From Tubiluchus corallicola (Eukaryota > Animalia > Priapulida): a stretch of DNA of 64,000 bases. Where the stretch lies: NCBI GenBank assembly GCA_030141605.1, contig JAQGDQ010000047.1, forward strand, positions 434,001 to 498,000, given 5' to 3'. How positions within the stretch are numbered: position 1 is the stretch's first letter; each line of letters begins with the position of its first letter. Shown piece after piece: positions 41,895 to 56,620 of the stretch. The notes beneath the pieces were generated by a model. That model had not been told where the DNA came from. It did not search any database and was given only the letters and a program-made list of their open reading frames with translations. Made by a program: the position numbers and the translations under genes.

Positions 41895-42090
41895 TGTTGG
41901 CAAGGATGAATGTTATTGCTGCTGTTGGTGTTGTTGCCATTGTCGCTGTTGTTGTGGTTGTCATTGTGATTGGTGTTACTGCTGTAGCTGTTATTCTTGT
42001 TGTTATAGAGCCATTGATTATGATAGTTATGGCAGGTCAGTTGTTAGTACGTACAACTTATTATTATTATACTGTGGTTATTACCGTTAT
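41895..42090. repeat. Degenerate (GTT/GCT/ATT)n trinucleotide tract
   Basis: Read directly; produces spurious Cys-rich and Val-rich ORFs. Confidence 0.85.
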
Positions 42091-42399
42091 TAGAACACAT
42101 TGGATGAATTGGTTGAACTTGGATTGTGAAATGAGAAATGTCACCCTATCCTGGCCATCTACTACATTTACAATAGTAAGAGTCGTAGATTCTGCTAACT
42201 CATTTGAAAAAATACAATTAGAAAAACCCGACGCCCGATTTTATTGCACTCGTAAATGATCAAGGATCCAAACATTTCACGTAATGTCCCAACCACTATA
42301 TAAAGAAAGAAGTAAAATTTTACCTTAAAAACAACAGCGTTATTAGCTCCCCATTTGCTTATTGCAAAGATCCAACTTTTAGCGCGCAAATTTCGTTAA

Positions 42400-43115
42400 G
42401 CTTCCACGTGGAAAATTCCACAATTACTATCCGTCATTTGGCAGATGAAGCCAGAGCGAAGCCATGGAGTGCTGCTATGATGAAACTCGATCAGCAGCTG
42501 CATGCACACATGTGAACTGAACTTACCCGCTGCATACATACAGCATCGGCTATTTCGGGAAACCAAATATACAAACGCTTACCAGCTCAATTTTTTGGAC
42601 GATTTCTCTGTTATCTATGCAGGCTAGCAGAAGAAAATCCCAATTTTTGCACGCATAACTTAACTTTCGTGTCCAGCATGAGGATAGATATCTCATTTTT
42701 AGGAATGTGTGCTGTTAAGCTCCCTAGCAGGATGTCAGTGCATGTGGAAATCCCATAGAAATTCCACCAGAAATAGCTGTTCGTGAGGAAATTGCAACAG
42801 TGGGAAGCAAACTGGCCCTTCCAAGGGAATCCCATAAAACAGCGAAACCAGCAATATTAGTACTCAAGTAACAGAAAGAACGCTTTTAGTTCATCAAACC
42901 GCAATTGCTAACCTTTTTGGCAATTTATTAAAAGCTAACTAGAGCGCCAAAGTTATTAGTTATATTTACCTGATTTAGAATAGACCTGTTTACATGGAGA
43001 CATGGTCACTATAATCCGCAGGAATCCCATTAGAATTCCCACGAAATATTTAGCGGGATAGGGTGGGATGAGACAGGGCAGGCCTACCATGCAGAGGCTA
43101 CACAAATTCCCGTGT
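42400..43115 (-). promoter_or_regulatory. Cluster of NF-kB/Rel-like sites with two strong minus-strand splice donors; candidate CSRNP promoter or enhancer
   Basis: GGAAAATTCC 42410, AGAAAATCCC 42632, TGGAAATCCC 42745, AGAAATTCCA 42757, GGGAATCCC 42825, GGAATCCC 43021, AGAATTCCC 43032, AAATTCCC 43104; donors CGG|GTAAGT (42526) and CTG|GTAAGC (42582). Confidence 0.45.
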
Positions 43116-46100
43116 TTATTCGTTAACATTCATCTAGACAATTTAAAACATTCAATCGTTTAGAAGCAAGCAGCACTGTCTTGAACGTGAAGAACTTTAC
43201 AGAGAATAATGCAGTCTTGATATTGTAATCTCTCGATCTTAAATGATAGACGACTGATCAGTCTGTCAAGAAACTACTTAAAAGTGATCACCCGGACTAA
43301 TACAGTATTTGCACGCGAAAAAGGCCTCTAAAACACTCAAAACATCGGCTAACCGATCTTTATAGTTGAACCAAAGCTTTACCGTGTAATGTTTATCAAA
43401 CTTATATAGTACGAAATAATTATTGGTACGAAATAAGCTGCTGGCTATCTTTACTCAGTTTAACCCACTTGAACAAGGCGATCCATTTAGAATTTGAAAG
43501 GTCTTTTATAATTTAATCTTCCCGTTAGATTTAGCTCCTTTTTAAGAGACATAAAAATAGTCGCTGTCTGCAACTCCCGCCGGTTCGCTTGGTGTGTAAC
43601 AATGTAAAAATTATAGCCGGGAAACTGTTACAATTACAAACTACTTTCCAGCTAATATTTAGATAAGTATCTCATCTCAAGTCTGCTATGTAAAAAGAGA
43701 CACATTAAAATAACAAAACAGATCTTTCCAGTATTGCAGGGATTCAGAGGAGTAAAGTTAAATCTACTAAAAACCTAAAGGGTTGAAGATACGAACAACT
43801 GTCTGTGTACTCAGAGAACTGCGAGACGTCGACAAAGAACATGCACCGCTGAAAAATAAAATTTCTCCTGCTGAACGAAGATAACATAGCTCCAAAAAGC
43901 ATGCCACACGTAAACAGGGACACACGAACCACGGGCACGTGAACTTTAGGTGGCAGCGCAATTATGATGAAGCCAGATGTTTAATGCAGTGCGATACAGA
44001 TGACCATTTAAGTTTCTCCGCACGTTAGCACCAGTTCAGAGTAATAATTATAATGCCACAAATTCACACAGTTAAAATGAATAAATTTTTTATTACAAAA
44101 ATAATTTAGTTCACTCCGTGCGTAAACAATAGTACAGAAACACACAAATTCCTACATCTCAAAAATATTTTAATGTAATTATCATATGTAAATTCTCATA
44201 AATTGATAAATCGTAACGCTGAAGTCGCCACACATTATGCGATGGACAGAGATTTGCGGTTGATCAGCCCAACGTAGTCCTAAGTTACTAACTTAGGTTT
44301 AGTTTGAGTTGCGAGCTTAATAATTCGACAAAACTAATCTCAAGACACTTTAATCGCTCAAACGACAAATGGACTTACAACAAATCAAATCATTAGCGGA
44401 ATCAGAGTGGACTAAAGAAACAATGAACCGAGCCACTGTCTACTCTATACAAGATGGTTTGTTTCGGTAAATCTTTTCGCGTTTTTCTCCCAAAAGTACT
44501 CTTAGCATTTTGCCATTAGTTTTTTTTGTGTTACATATTGTTCTTTTTATATTGGGCATTGCTTATTTGAGATTTAAAGACAAAAAATGATAGCGAATAA
44601 CCTACCGGCATTATGTTATTTATAACCTAGTATATGTGAAAAAAAGAAAAAAATTGAAAAATTATTTAACACGAAGTTGCAATAACTGACTTTATTTCTA
44701 GGTAGTTTCACTCTGGTATGTACGTACACAAGAGTTGTGTGGATATCTGAATTCTGTCACTTTACGGAGTAAACTGGGATGACAGGAAAATAAAAACAGT
44801 AAAAAATACGGGAAAAATTCCCGCAATGAATCCCAACCTATTAAGAACAGCAAGTAGCGCTGCAGTTTTGAACGGCATGATAGAAAGAGAGGGAGAAATT
44901 CAGCAGCAGCAGATGCTAGTCAGCTGCCAAAAATAGTTGCTACTCGAATTGGGAAATGTGATCAGTTTCATAACAGTGAATAGATGAATAAACAATCGGA
45001 AAAGCACGTAGATTAAATTTAAACGAATACTTCATCTCTGAAAGAAATCGTTCAATTTAGAAATGCTTTAGCCAATGAGATCATTTAAAAGCAAACTGCC
45101 TTTTTACATTTTCTTCTTATAAAGCAATGCACAAACAGTTTAACCCACTTACCATTACAGCATCACTTAATATTAAGTTCAAGAAAATCGTTAAAGCTAA
45201 AAATCCCTATTTTATTTATCGTCATCTGGAACTTCCTGCCTGGTTTTTCTTCAACAAATTATGTGTTAGAGTGATAATTCTTGGCTTATTACAGTCAAGA
45301 ACTTAACGTCCATTGAAAGTACAAGTTTTAATGCTTGTTCTAATGTTGCTGAATAGACTGAAAAGATTACTTGTAGGTATAATAATTGCATAAATATCCA
45401 ATTCAAAACTTAAATTACTCAACATCTATTGTCATTAGCATTAAAGAGATATAATTAAATTCAATGCAAATTCCTTCAAAATTTCCATTATAACGATTAA
45501 GTGCATATTTCAGTTATTTGAATTCTTACTATAGTTGCTCATTCATTGAATGGACAAATATATAAGGTAACCAAGCAGTAGATGACAGTCCAAAAACTAC
45601 AAACAATTTCAATGGATTAAAATACGTTAAAGTAATATTCATTATGAATCGCACTATTTGTGCTTAACCAGTAAGTATTTAGTATACAACGATGAAAATT
45701 TAGAATTTCTAATGAACATGGATTGAAACTATAAAATGCAAGGCTTACAACGATAGTGAAACAGACAGCCTCGCATCTGTTAGAACAAAATTTTCTGTCG
45801 CGGATGAACATTTTTATGAAGTGCAAAATGCCATAACCACTTTTGCTTATTGTTTACGAAGCAAATACTAGTTTACACAACAGCTTATCTCATATGATTT
45901 CACATACTTGAAGCATTTTCTTTTAGTATCAAAACTGCACTATTGGTAGGCCTATACGCGCAAAGCCCCATATCTTTGTAGTTACAAAACAATCACTGCG
46001 ACGAAAAAATACGCCATCCAACCGTTAGAACATTAAATTTAGTTAGTCATTGGCGAATAAGGTCAAGCAAAAAACGTTTGAAGCTTTCTAGCATTGTGGA

Positions 46101-46899
46101 ATTCCAGTGCTTGGCGCAAAGGTTAAGTGCGCGGTTCAACATCCGAATTCAATTTATTTATACTTGCACAGCCGTTTTTTGTTTGAGCTCAGCAAACTAG
46201 TACAAGATTCATTTAAAAATATTAGTTTATGTCATTTGTAATTCACGCCCGCCAGCTGCTCGAAATTGGTGAATTTTGGTTACAAAGATCACGCCATTAG
46301 CATGTGTTCGGTTTACTGACGTAGTGCAAGTATGAGCAATCTAGTGCAAATCTTTATTAAGGGCATATGCCATCCAAAAAACTAGTTCAAAGATAATTTG
46401 GTAAGACCCACATTCACAAGAACCAATGAAAAACCTTGTGTTTTAAAACGTTAAATGGTATAGAGTGGCTATCTTGTTAAGAAAGCCTTTATTTTGTGAA
46501 GAGACCAACAGGCCAGAAGACAATGGACTGGGTCACAAATACGTTCAACACCAACAACAAATGGAGGAAGCAACATTTGAACTGCCATATCACTGATTTG
46601 TAATTTGTGACAAGTTTTTACAGTTCTTATCTAAAAAACCTGAGTTAAGAATGATATACCAGCAGAATATGTATCAAAACAGCTCGAATTATCTGTAATT
46701 TTTTAACATAATTGTTTTTCTACTGCTTTGCAATGAGTTAAAAAGTTATACTTGTGTTGAAATGACAAAGACAAGAATGGTGACCCTACCCGGGACAAAA
46801 AAGTCATAACAAATCAGTACAGTATTATTAAAATTATTGCACATAGAAAAACAAATTCTGTACATTTTCAGTTAATGACAATTAACAGTTACTTTCATG

Positions 46900-46950
46900 G
46901 AAGTTTGCGGGTTAAATTCTCGGCCGAGTCACACCAAAGATTCAAAAGAA
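46900..46950 (+). mobile_element. tRNA-derived SINE remnant
   Basis: B-box-like GGGTTAAATTCTC followed by GGCCGAGTCACACCAAAGA, a core recalled from metazoan SINEs. Confidence 0.35.
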
Positions 46951-49900
46951 GCAAGAGATTCAACAGATTCAAAAGATACTGATTCATTGACCAAGCAAGT
47001 GGATTTATTGGAATAATATGCGGGTAATAATAATAGGGACTCCACCTTGGAAAGAAGTATTGAGTTGCTTTAGGTGTTACACCAAGACTACATCTTAAAC
47101 AAAATGATTATTATCATTATTACACTATATCAAGTATGACTGTTTAATATTAACAACAGCAAATCTGTAAGTACTAAAATAGTTCATATAGCCAGCACAA
47201 AAAGTTTTAATAAAATCAATACGTTTTCATTCGTAAAAAAACAAGATTTACCTCTTGGAAAATACTCCGTCATCACACTTACAATCATTCATAAACAAAA
47301 ACTGACTGTACAATTTTATCACTAATACATTCTTCTTTGACTTTTTTAATAATGAATTTGATTAAAACTTAAACCCCTGCACACAGGTTAAACAAAAGGT
47401 TATTAACTGCATTTATTACAAGCAGATAAGTCACTACAGGTGTGAGAGTGTGCTAGCGGCACCCGCATTGAGCAGTAAATTCATTTTCCCAAGCATGCGA
47501 ATGTGATAAAAGTCAGTTCTAGATATGAAAAGAAACGCATTAAAAATAATGGTTTTTAATTTAATGACAGCTTGTTAATTAAGAAACACTATCTTTAACA
47601 GCAGATGATACATAAAGGCTACATGAAACGCTTCAGAAAAAAATACAATGCTTTTAGTAAGTATTATCATAAGAAACATACCTAAATTCGAGCACATCCT
47701 GTGTTTCAAGCACACCCAGCACATCATGTTTCACGATGTTTCATGAAAATGTTCTGGGAGCTGTAATTATGAGTAACGATCTGGATTGTATCCTACTATC
47801 AGTCCTGGAGGAAATTTCGCCCTGTAATGGAAATGTAGATTTTACAAGGCTTTCTACCAGGATTCTATCATTGTTACACTAAATGACAGCCGCTGCGTGC
47901 ATGCCTTCTTGACAGATACTGCTTAGAATCCTGGCTTCATGCGCGGCAGCATCATACTTACAATACCAGGCTGCTGCTGCTGCTGCATCAACGCCAGTAT
48001 GTTGCTATAACAACCAGCGCATAATCAATCAATCGTGAATCCGCTCGCATTCAAAAATAGGTGTGCGAGCAGACGCCCAGCGGATGCTGAATTCAATGTG
48101 TTTGATGCTAGAATAGAAAGAATAGGCTGGCTTATGTACATTACAGGGTATTTGCAAATTGGGAATAGCTAAATAGAGTTCATTTGCCCAATACCAAAAG
48201 AAGTGATTGTTTCTCCAATATGACAGTTTTGAAGTTACATAAAATTTAAAATCTTTCAAAACTTAGAGGTTTTTTAAGGTTTAGAAGTCTGATGAAAACA
48301 GCAGTTTCATAAAAAACAATTTCTAGTGTGCAACATAATAATTATTACTGTCAGAGCTGGATTCGACATCTGACATGTCAAGACAAGACCAACTTTTCTC
48401 CAAGCGTGTGTTAATCAGGTCATTTTTCTTAAGATCACAAAAAACATATTGGAAGCGAAATGCTTTGAAACAACACCATGCATATAAGTTTAGAACAAAC
48501 TCAGTAATCACATAGTCAAAGCCAGTGGATAGAGTTTTGTAGATCTTGCAAATATCGTGAAAATTCTTTAGAAGTTGGCAAACTGAGTTGTTTTGCATGT
48601 GCAGGTATTGCACACAAAGACCAAAAAAATCAGAACACCAAAAGTTCACTACCTTAAAGGGAGACGAGCTGAACTTTGTAATTTGCAGAAAAACAAAATT
48701 GATACAAATGACTACACTATAGATAAACATGTCTGAAGCACTCCCCTTTTAATGCAATGTGTTTCATCTAAAAGCAGAAGATAACGTGTATCATAATAAC
48801 AAAAGTACCGAAGAGAGCCACCAGTATTCCATCGAAGAAATAGCGAAACAGCAAAACCATTAAAACTAGAAAGGTGGCCGAAGGCCAGCGTATCTGAAAA
48901 TTGGACATGTTTATTGAGTTACCATAAACGCAGTAGGGTGTGTTAAATTTTAATCGAGCAGACACATAAGGAGTAATTTTTCTGAAACTTTACAAAATAT
49001 GACTTGACCGAGCTTGCTTATTCACACACACATACTGTTCCTAGCAGACAAGGACAATGTCACATTCTCCATCCATTGCTTTAAAAACTTTTGAATCCTT
49101 TAACATTACTTTCTAGTCCCTTCTAAATATGTGGCTTCCAAAGCATTCCGAATTTAAAGGAAAAAAAACAACTACATCAACACTCATTATATTATATTAG
49201 GCGGAAAGCTGAGAACTTAAAATGTCCTCAGAGCCCAAATGTGACTATAACATATTTTGACGTACATTAAGTGTTGAAAAAGGCTAACCTAAAATACTGC
49301 AGTCGTTTAACCCGTTCTATAAGAAGTAGTTTTATCTAGATTTTTAAGAAAGCGCTTGTAATAACAGTAAAAAGTAACAGGCGTGCTTTACTAGCCATTC
49401 GCATCACTTCTTATACATGACAAACAGATGAAGTCCATCAGCAGCGTTGAAACCATGATCAATACCGCTACTGCCCTATTCCTTTTAATCTGTTGCCAAG
49501 GTAACGGATCAATAATGCGCTTTGGACATAACTGAGCAGCCAGCGACAACTCGAAAACTGATGCGCTCACTGAAAAAAAACCGCCAAAAAGCCTCATTCA
49601 CTAAGGATCGCAAATGCGGTCTTAGTAAATATGATTTTGATAATAAAGTGTGTCTAAATGGATTCATAAACTGCAAGTGAGCACTCAAATCTACAGCCCA
49701 CTCAAGCAAACGGAAAATACGTTACAAATATATACACATTGTAAATATATATGTGTAATTCATATATATGGAACAGGAGCGTATCAAGACTTTACGATGC
49801 CTTAGGCTGATAGTCCTGCATATCTATATTGTGAATTTATGGTTGATTAAGTATTGAGAACATTAAGCAATTACTTGTGGTGTATTCGAAACACTATTAA

Positions 49901-52809
49901 CCTAGTTTCTACGTGGTCATTATTAATTTGATGTATTTGCATAGTGATTATATTTAAGCAGGCTCCACAACTGCTTGTTGCGTAATACCTTACACCTATT
50001 CGTTATGCGGTACTTATAAAAAAGATGATGTAACTGCTTGCGGTGTGTTATAACAGGCACCCTTTATGAAAGATTACACATTTTCCGAGGAGAATAAGAA
50101 TTTTTTCTAAAATGTGATGCCCCTCAAACTTTGGAACCCTAGGATATAGCCTAGTTAGCCTATTGGTTAATACACCGCTGGTGAGGAAGCAGTTATGGCA
50201 AGTTAGATCCACTGGATCATATGAGTGATTTAAGAACAGGAGGAATGATTATGTATGATTATTAAAGTGCACCATACTATTACAACTGTTGCCCATCAGC
50301 ACTGCCCTTATCGTCGTTATCATCGTCACTATTTTCATCTATACTATTGCCATCATGACAGTAACTACCACTACCCTTAGCACCATTAGGACATGTGATA
50401 GTAAAGATAAATATATATGTATATATAAGTAGAGATAATTAAACATAAAGCTTTACCTATTTCATATATATCTTTCTTGCATAGCAAACTATACCATGAC
50501 GGCTAATCTGAATGGCTGATAAAACGAAATACTTACGTTTACTGCTACACCTTTTACTTTTTTTGAAAACCTGTGATTAAGCTTGTACATGATAAATATA
50601 AACTGCCTCAAGCCCTCAAATTTAGGGGAAAAGGCAAAAAATAGAACTGGAGTTTCACAAAAAATACAGGTTGAGAAACCCCAGTCCCAATTCTTGACGT
50701 TTCCTCTGAACTTATATCAGCTTCCACTGGTGCAATGCTGTTTAAATATAAAAAATAGTACCATCTGCATTGTAATGTAATTTCTGAAGCTTTAATTAGT
50801 AACAACAAAAAGAATGATTGCAGATTAGCTAGTGTGTCTCAAAAAAGTAAAATAACTAGATACAATTCGAGTAATCAGAGAAAAAAGCAAACGACTACTA
50901 AAATTGGACAAAAAAAATCTTTAGAAACAACTGAATAAATAAATCATTGAAAAATCTATGAATGTCTTAGTCAACACTTACCCCATCATACTTAAATTAT
51001 GCTGCTTGTCATAGGACTTCCAGTAAATAGTTCTAGGATCCTTTTCAGAGAATCTGAAAAAATAAAAGGAGAAATGGTTTGAAAAGTTGAACAGGCTCCA
51101 TTGCAAAACAGTGATTTCATGAAAATAGATTAGCAAAAATTTTGTATTTTAGCAAATCGAGCAATTTTTACAATTTCTTCGAGCTGCAGAAAATACTTTT
51201 AAGTAGCAGCAAAAATGTACTTGAAAAATGTAATCAGAAGATAGTTATTTCTTGGCCAAAAATTTGCAGGTTTAACTGTGTATCAAATAAAAAAAAACCT
51301 GAGCCCCAAAAGTTCAAAGATCTGTCAGTTAATAAAATTGGTGCTGAATGAGTGTTGAATGAAAATCGTCAAAAATGTACTATTGTGGCACACAGTTATT
51401 TAATGGTAGCTAACTTCACCTCGTCGTCACAGTGCATGCGCAGATGAATGAAGCCGCACAACATCCATTCATTGTAATTACATATAGGAGGGACAGCACT
51501 TCAATCAGCAATATACTGGATGCATCACAGAATTCGATATTCATTTGTGTAGCCGCAATCTGACCCTCATTGATTCATCCAGGGAGGACAACACGTATTA
51601 TTAATGAAGATAAATTCACACGCTGCTGCACATGTTAATAAATATAATGCTGGTTTACTTGAAACGACTTAAATTGATTATTCTTAGCTTAAGGAAATCA
51701 TCTTCAAAAGCATTCTGTTAATAAATACGGATGTAAAATAATTTTAAACACTTGTTTATGTAATTGTATTGACAAATTTTCCTACTCAATACTAAACTTG
51801 ACTATATGAATGCTTCGTTTAAGAGTAATTTTATATAATAAAAAAAACAAATCATGAACCACGTGAATAAATGCACCAATGCAACTAATTGAAATTGAAA
51901 TTCATTTTTTTCGCCAGTTTACAAATGTACAGTAACCACTTCCTGTCTATAAGGGCGCAATAGATGAATAGTACACAGGTAAATAAAGCCTAATTGTTAG
52001 TAATAAGTGAAAACGAGAGAGAATAGCAAGCCGACCAAAAGAACATCAAGTCAGCAATCCTTTTAACATGTTAAAATTATATGATCACAGGTGGCACTAG
52101 TGAGTAATGAGGTACAGACAATAAATTAATTTAACCAGATTGATTTCCTAAATTAGTAGTTTGTTAAGAAAAACTGAGGTAATTAACAAATAAATTTTAT
52201 GTATATTTGCAGTTAAGTTAATAAATGAATGTTTGATTTAACAATATTATAATTTACACAGTGACAGGAAAAAAGCACTAAGTATATCTTAAGCAATTAT
52301 ATGCGATCCTTTGGAATAGTCAATAAATTATCAAAACAAAAAGAAATTATAAATGACAATATTCATGAGTTTAATGTTGAGTGGTAATTATTTAAAAAAA
52401 TAAACAGAATTTAAGAGGAACTGTTTTTCACTAAAAAGGTTTTTTCCAAGTATTTTTTTATATTCACATACATATACACACATGCCATACACATACATAT
52501 ATACATAGGGGATAGTCATGAATTCTTGGATATCATACCCATATTTGTCAAATCTGTCACCACTAGAGAACTTTTTTTATTAATTTACATCTAAATATGC
52601 TAATATTTAGCCACTGCTATTACGTGTAATTTTTTATAACTGTAGTCCAGATTAATATTAGGTAAGTTAGTTAATATTATTAGAAAACAAGTAAAAACCA
52701 CTTAGTTTAAATAAAATGCCATGTTAGTCAATGCTAGTATAATTTACTAGTAGAGTCTTTTTAAGTTCAGAAGCCACTGATGGGGAAGTCTTTAATATAA
52801 AAATCTAAC

Positions 52810-54200
52810 TTATTCCAAAGTTTCAGGTAAACTATTTGTGTAATATTTATACATAAATTTAGCTAATTCTAACTGATGTACATCATGTATTTTTAAAACT
52901 TGCAAGACATTAAATGAAGAAGTAGCATGATCTCTATATTTACTAAATGTAGTTAATTTGACAATTTTACTTTGTGCAATGCATAATGGCTTTAAAATAG
53001 TTTTATTGGCTGACCTCCAACAGAAACTACAAAACTGAAAGTATGGATACACAAGTGAATAGTAAAGGCTTCGGAGGGTGTTTCTGTCAAGAAAATGTTG
53101 TATTTTAGAAAACAATCCAATTAGCTTGTTGAGTTTGTGCAGTATAAATTTTGAGTGCATATTCCAAGTCAGTTTGTTGTCAATATGTAGCCCTAAATAT
53201 TTTATGTAGGTTCCCCTTATTAAAATGTTGTCACCCATGTTGATAGTAAAATGGTCATTATTTAAATCTGATGAGTTTTTGGATATTAACATGTATTTTG
53301 TCTTAGTGTAGTTGACTGTAAGTTTATTAACTATCATCCAGGAATTAATTTTGTGGAGCTCATCGTTGATATAGTGTTATAATTGTGTAAGGTGAGTTAT
53401 GTAAGAATAAGCTTGTATCATCTGCAAAGAACCTTGTTTGAAAATGTGAACAGTTAGCCAGGTCATTTATATAAATTAGAAATAATAGTGGACCTAAAGC
53501 GGAACCTTGTGGGATGCCACTGGAAACTAGGGAGACGTCAGAATTGGTTTTGTTTATGCTAGTGAACTGTCTTCTATTGTGCAAACAAGAACTTAGTAAT
53601 GGCAAGATTGTGCCTTTTGTGGCATAATGCTCAAGTTTTTTAGTAGAATATAATGCTGGACAATGTCAAAAACTTTTGTAAGATCAAGGAATATGCCACA
53701 GGTGATTAAAATTTATTACATATACTGTCAATTATTTCAGCTGTTGCTAGTACAGTTGAACAATTTTGACGAAATCCAAATTGATATTTGCTTAAAGTAT
53801 TAGAAGAAGTAAAGAAGTTTGAGAGTCTTGAGTAAATAACTGATTCGAAGATTTTGCTTATAAACAGGAGACAGTAAAGATATAGGTGTATAGTTAGTTG
53901 GTTTGTCTTGATCATTTCCTTTATAGATCGGTATAATTTTGGCGAACTTTAATGCATCTGGAAAGGTTCCCTGAATTACTGACATATTTATTAGTTTAGC
54001 TAGTACAGGGGAAATAATGTTATTGCTTAGTTTGTAGTATTTAACTGACACATTTTCAGGTCCTGATGATTTGGATACATTCAGCTTAGAGATCAGTGTG
54101 AAAACCTCATGCTTTAAAACAGTGTCTACAGTGATACTTCCGGAATTAGGTTGTCCCATATATCTCATTGGGTTCTCAGAGGTTCTCATTGAGTTCTCAC
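52810..54200 (-). mobile_element. L2/Crack (CR1-group) LINE ORF2 reverse transcriptase region, frameshifted
   Basis: Consecutive pieces KSSGPENVS, FPDALKFAKIIPIYKG...NYTPISLL, SKIFE...QFGFRQNCST, GIPQGSALGPLLFLIYINDL, FFADDTSL, LTVNYTKTKYM, IKYLGLHIDNKLTW, LYYSLVYP. Confidence 0.93.
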
Positions 54201-56620
54201 TAATTACAAATTTATGAGTCATAGCACAACTTATAATTCAGCTCAGGGTTGTTTCTGTGATGATACAGTTTTTTAGCAACAGACAAAATATACTGCACCA
54301 GGAAATCTTTTCAAATAAACAACTAATATTGCAAAAAATTCAAGGTTGTCAAGAAGACACAAGCTAGAGCCACAATGCGCAATGGGAGGGACTGAGGGCC
54401 CCATTCTGTGTTACAGTGCAAATTTACACAGAAATTGTTAGACAGGATACAAAAACCCAATAAATGGAGTAAATTCCAGTTACGAGGAGGAAGTCTACTG
54501 ACTGTTGGCTATTGCTCCAACTCGGTCTGTAATATGGCTATATCTGCAGAATGCCTAAATGCATTTTCTAAATGCCAACACCAGGAAATGGGCAGGGCAT
54601 GGTTAGAAGTCAATTGAAGAACTCAACAAGTTCACACATACTTTAGGAGCAAAAATCCAGAGCAAGTTAATTTTCCTCTGCACCATATACTTTTATGCAC
54701 ATTTAATCAAATGAATTGTGAAAATTCTCATTTTAAGACTTTCATTACATCTTGCAAAAATACAAGTGTAAAACAGTCTCTGTTTATTAAACTCTACATT
54801 CTACAAGCAGAGAATTAATTTAAAGAGGGGAAAACTTATATGAAACAAAACAAATTGACAATAACCAAACAAGATTTGCACATATTTCACTCACAACAAC
54901 GAAACAGACTACTGCAGCAGCATAATATTGCTTTGATGAAGAAAGGCACTAACGGAAGTATTTCATTGCGGGAAATGCATTACACAGGAAAAAAGCACAG
55001 TAAATATCAAGAAAGCAGTTCTGATGACAATTATTGGACTGCAAAAATCAATAGCGACAAGAAAAAAGTAATACATAAATGCCAACAGAAGCTGAGGGTT
55101 TGTCGGGTAGGCCCTTGATTGTTGAAGCCAGCCAGCACAACAAAATCAATAACACAAATAATCCTACATCTTGTATAATCAGACTTGGAGGAAAAAACCC
55201 ACACTGTTTCATGAAGAGAGCTATGCCTAGCTTACATCAACAGTCTTAATTGAGAAAATAAAGACATGTACAGATAAAAACAATAACAATAATACAAGAT
55301 TAGCAAGTTTTAGGAATGGTACTAGTAAATTTTTAACATTCCTTTTCTTTTTAATGCATAAATTAATTCAGACAGCGCTATATTACAGAGAAGTCTGGTT
55401 GCATTTTAAAACAGTTGGAAAGTCATTTTCAATGAGTATGATACAAACAGGAATAAAATTAAGACAAGAACAGCTGTCATCCTTTTTGACACAAAGGAGA
55501 AAGTAATAGTAATAGCAATAGTAAATTTATTCAGCTCCACTTGCTTAATATAATAGTTAATAGTTAAGTATATACTATACATACAATACAAGCAGAGGTG
55601 ATGAAAGACCATGAATTGGAAAATAATACATGGCAGCACATTACGGCAGGACATTAAGGGTGCTTGAGTTCTTGGGTGTTTTTGGATGAGACGAGTTCTT
55701 TACTGTTGGCGATATAAGATACATGGTGCTACTTGTGTCATCAATAGTAAAAGACTTGTTTGATCCAGAAAAACAGAAGAAATCAACCTCCATTGTCTAC
55801 TATTCCACCATATTAGTTCATCTTCAGCGAGTTGGACACTTAGGATTTAGATAATAAAGTCAAACTCGATGCTTTGTGCACTCACTGCGCAGCACAGATG
55901 ATACGTGAAACTTTGTAGCTATTTTCTACCTTCAAACATAATCATAACAATTAAATAGAAAAAACTGCCGACTCACTGAAATACAGTTTTCCTCCCCACC
56001 CTCTGAACATTTTAATGACTATGGCTGCAAAAGTAATCTGAAAATATTAGAACCTTTCAACACACAAGAGCAAAGATGTCATATTTAATGTTCTTTACCA
56101 TATATTGTAATATTCGGTTGCCTGGTTTTCTACTGATACCATCAATCAGCCACTATAATAAATCTGCCAACTCACTGCTATTTCTGAACCACTTTGGCTT
56201 TCCATGCCTTTCTAAGATGACGACCTTTGACCTCTAAATATTACGACCTGAGAATCATCACATTGTCTTGGTATTTATTTGCCAAACTAAATTACTATAC
56301 ATCAAATGTAAAAAACGATACGTGACCTGTAAAATTCCGAATGTGCTTTTCTTCTGAGGCTGTTTATTAGTAATCAGAGTACACCGGCCAGACTTCTATT
56401 ACGCTACATGGCTTGAACTTGAATTTATGAATATTTTTCCTTTTGGCCACCAACATCCCAGGTCATGACTCACCATCTTCTGATGTCCAGTTATTGGCTT
56501 TATTGTCTCTTACACCAGCATTACTCTTAATTCTCAAATGTGCGCATAATCTTGGCCACTGTGAACTAAGGTCTTGAATGTTACATGACATTAATACACC
56601 CAGTCGAAGTGCTACATTAA

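Noticed and set aside
41887-42259. Cys-rich (metallothionein-like) and Val-rich ORFs
   Set aside because: Both are translations of a degenerate trinucleotide tract.
48323-48730. 135-aa minus-strand ORF
   Set aside because: No recognisable motif or convincing splice partners; a BLASTP hit would reopen it.
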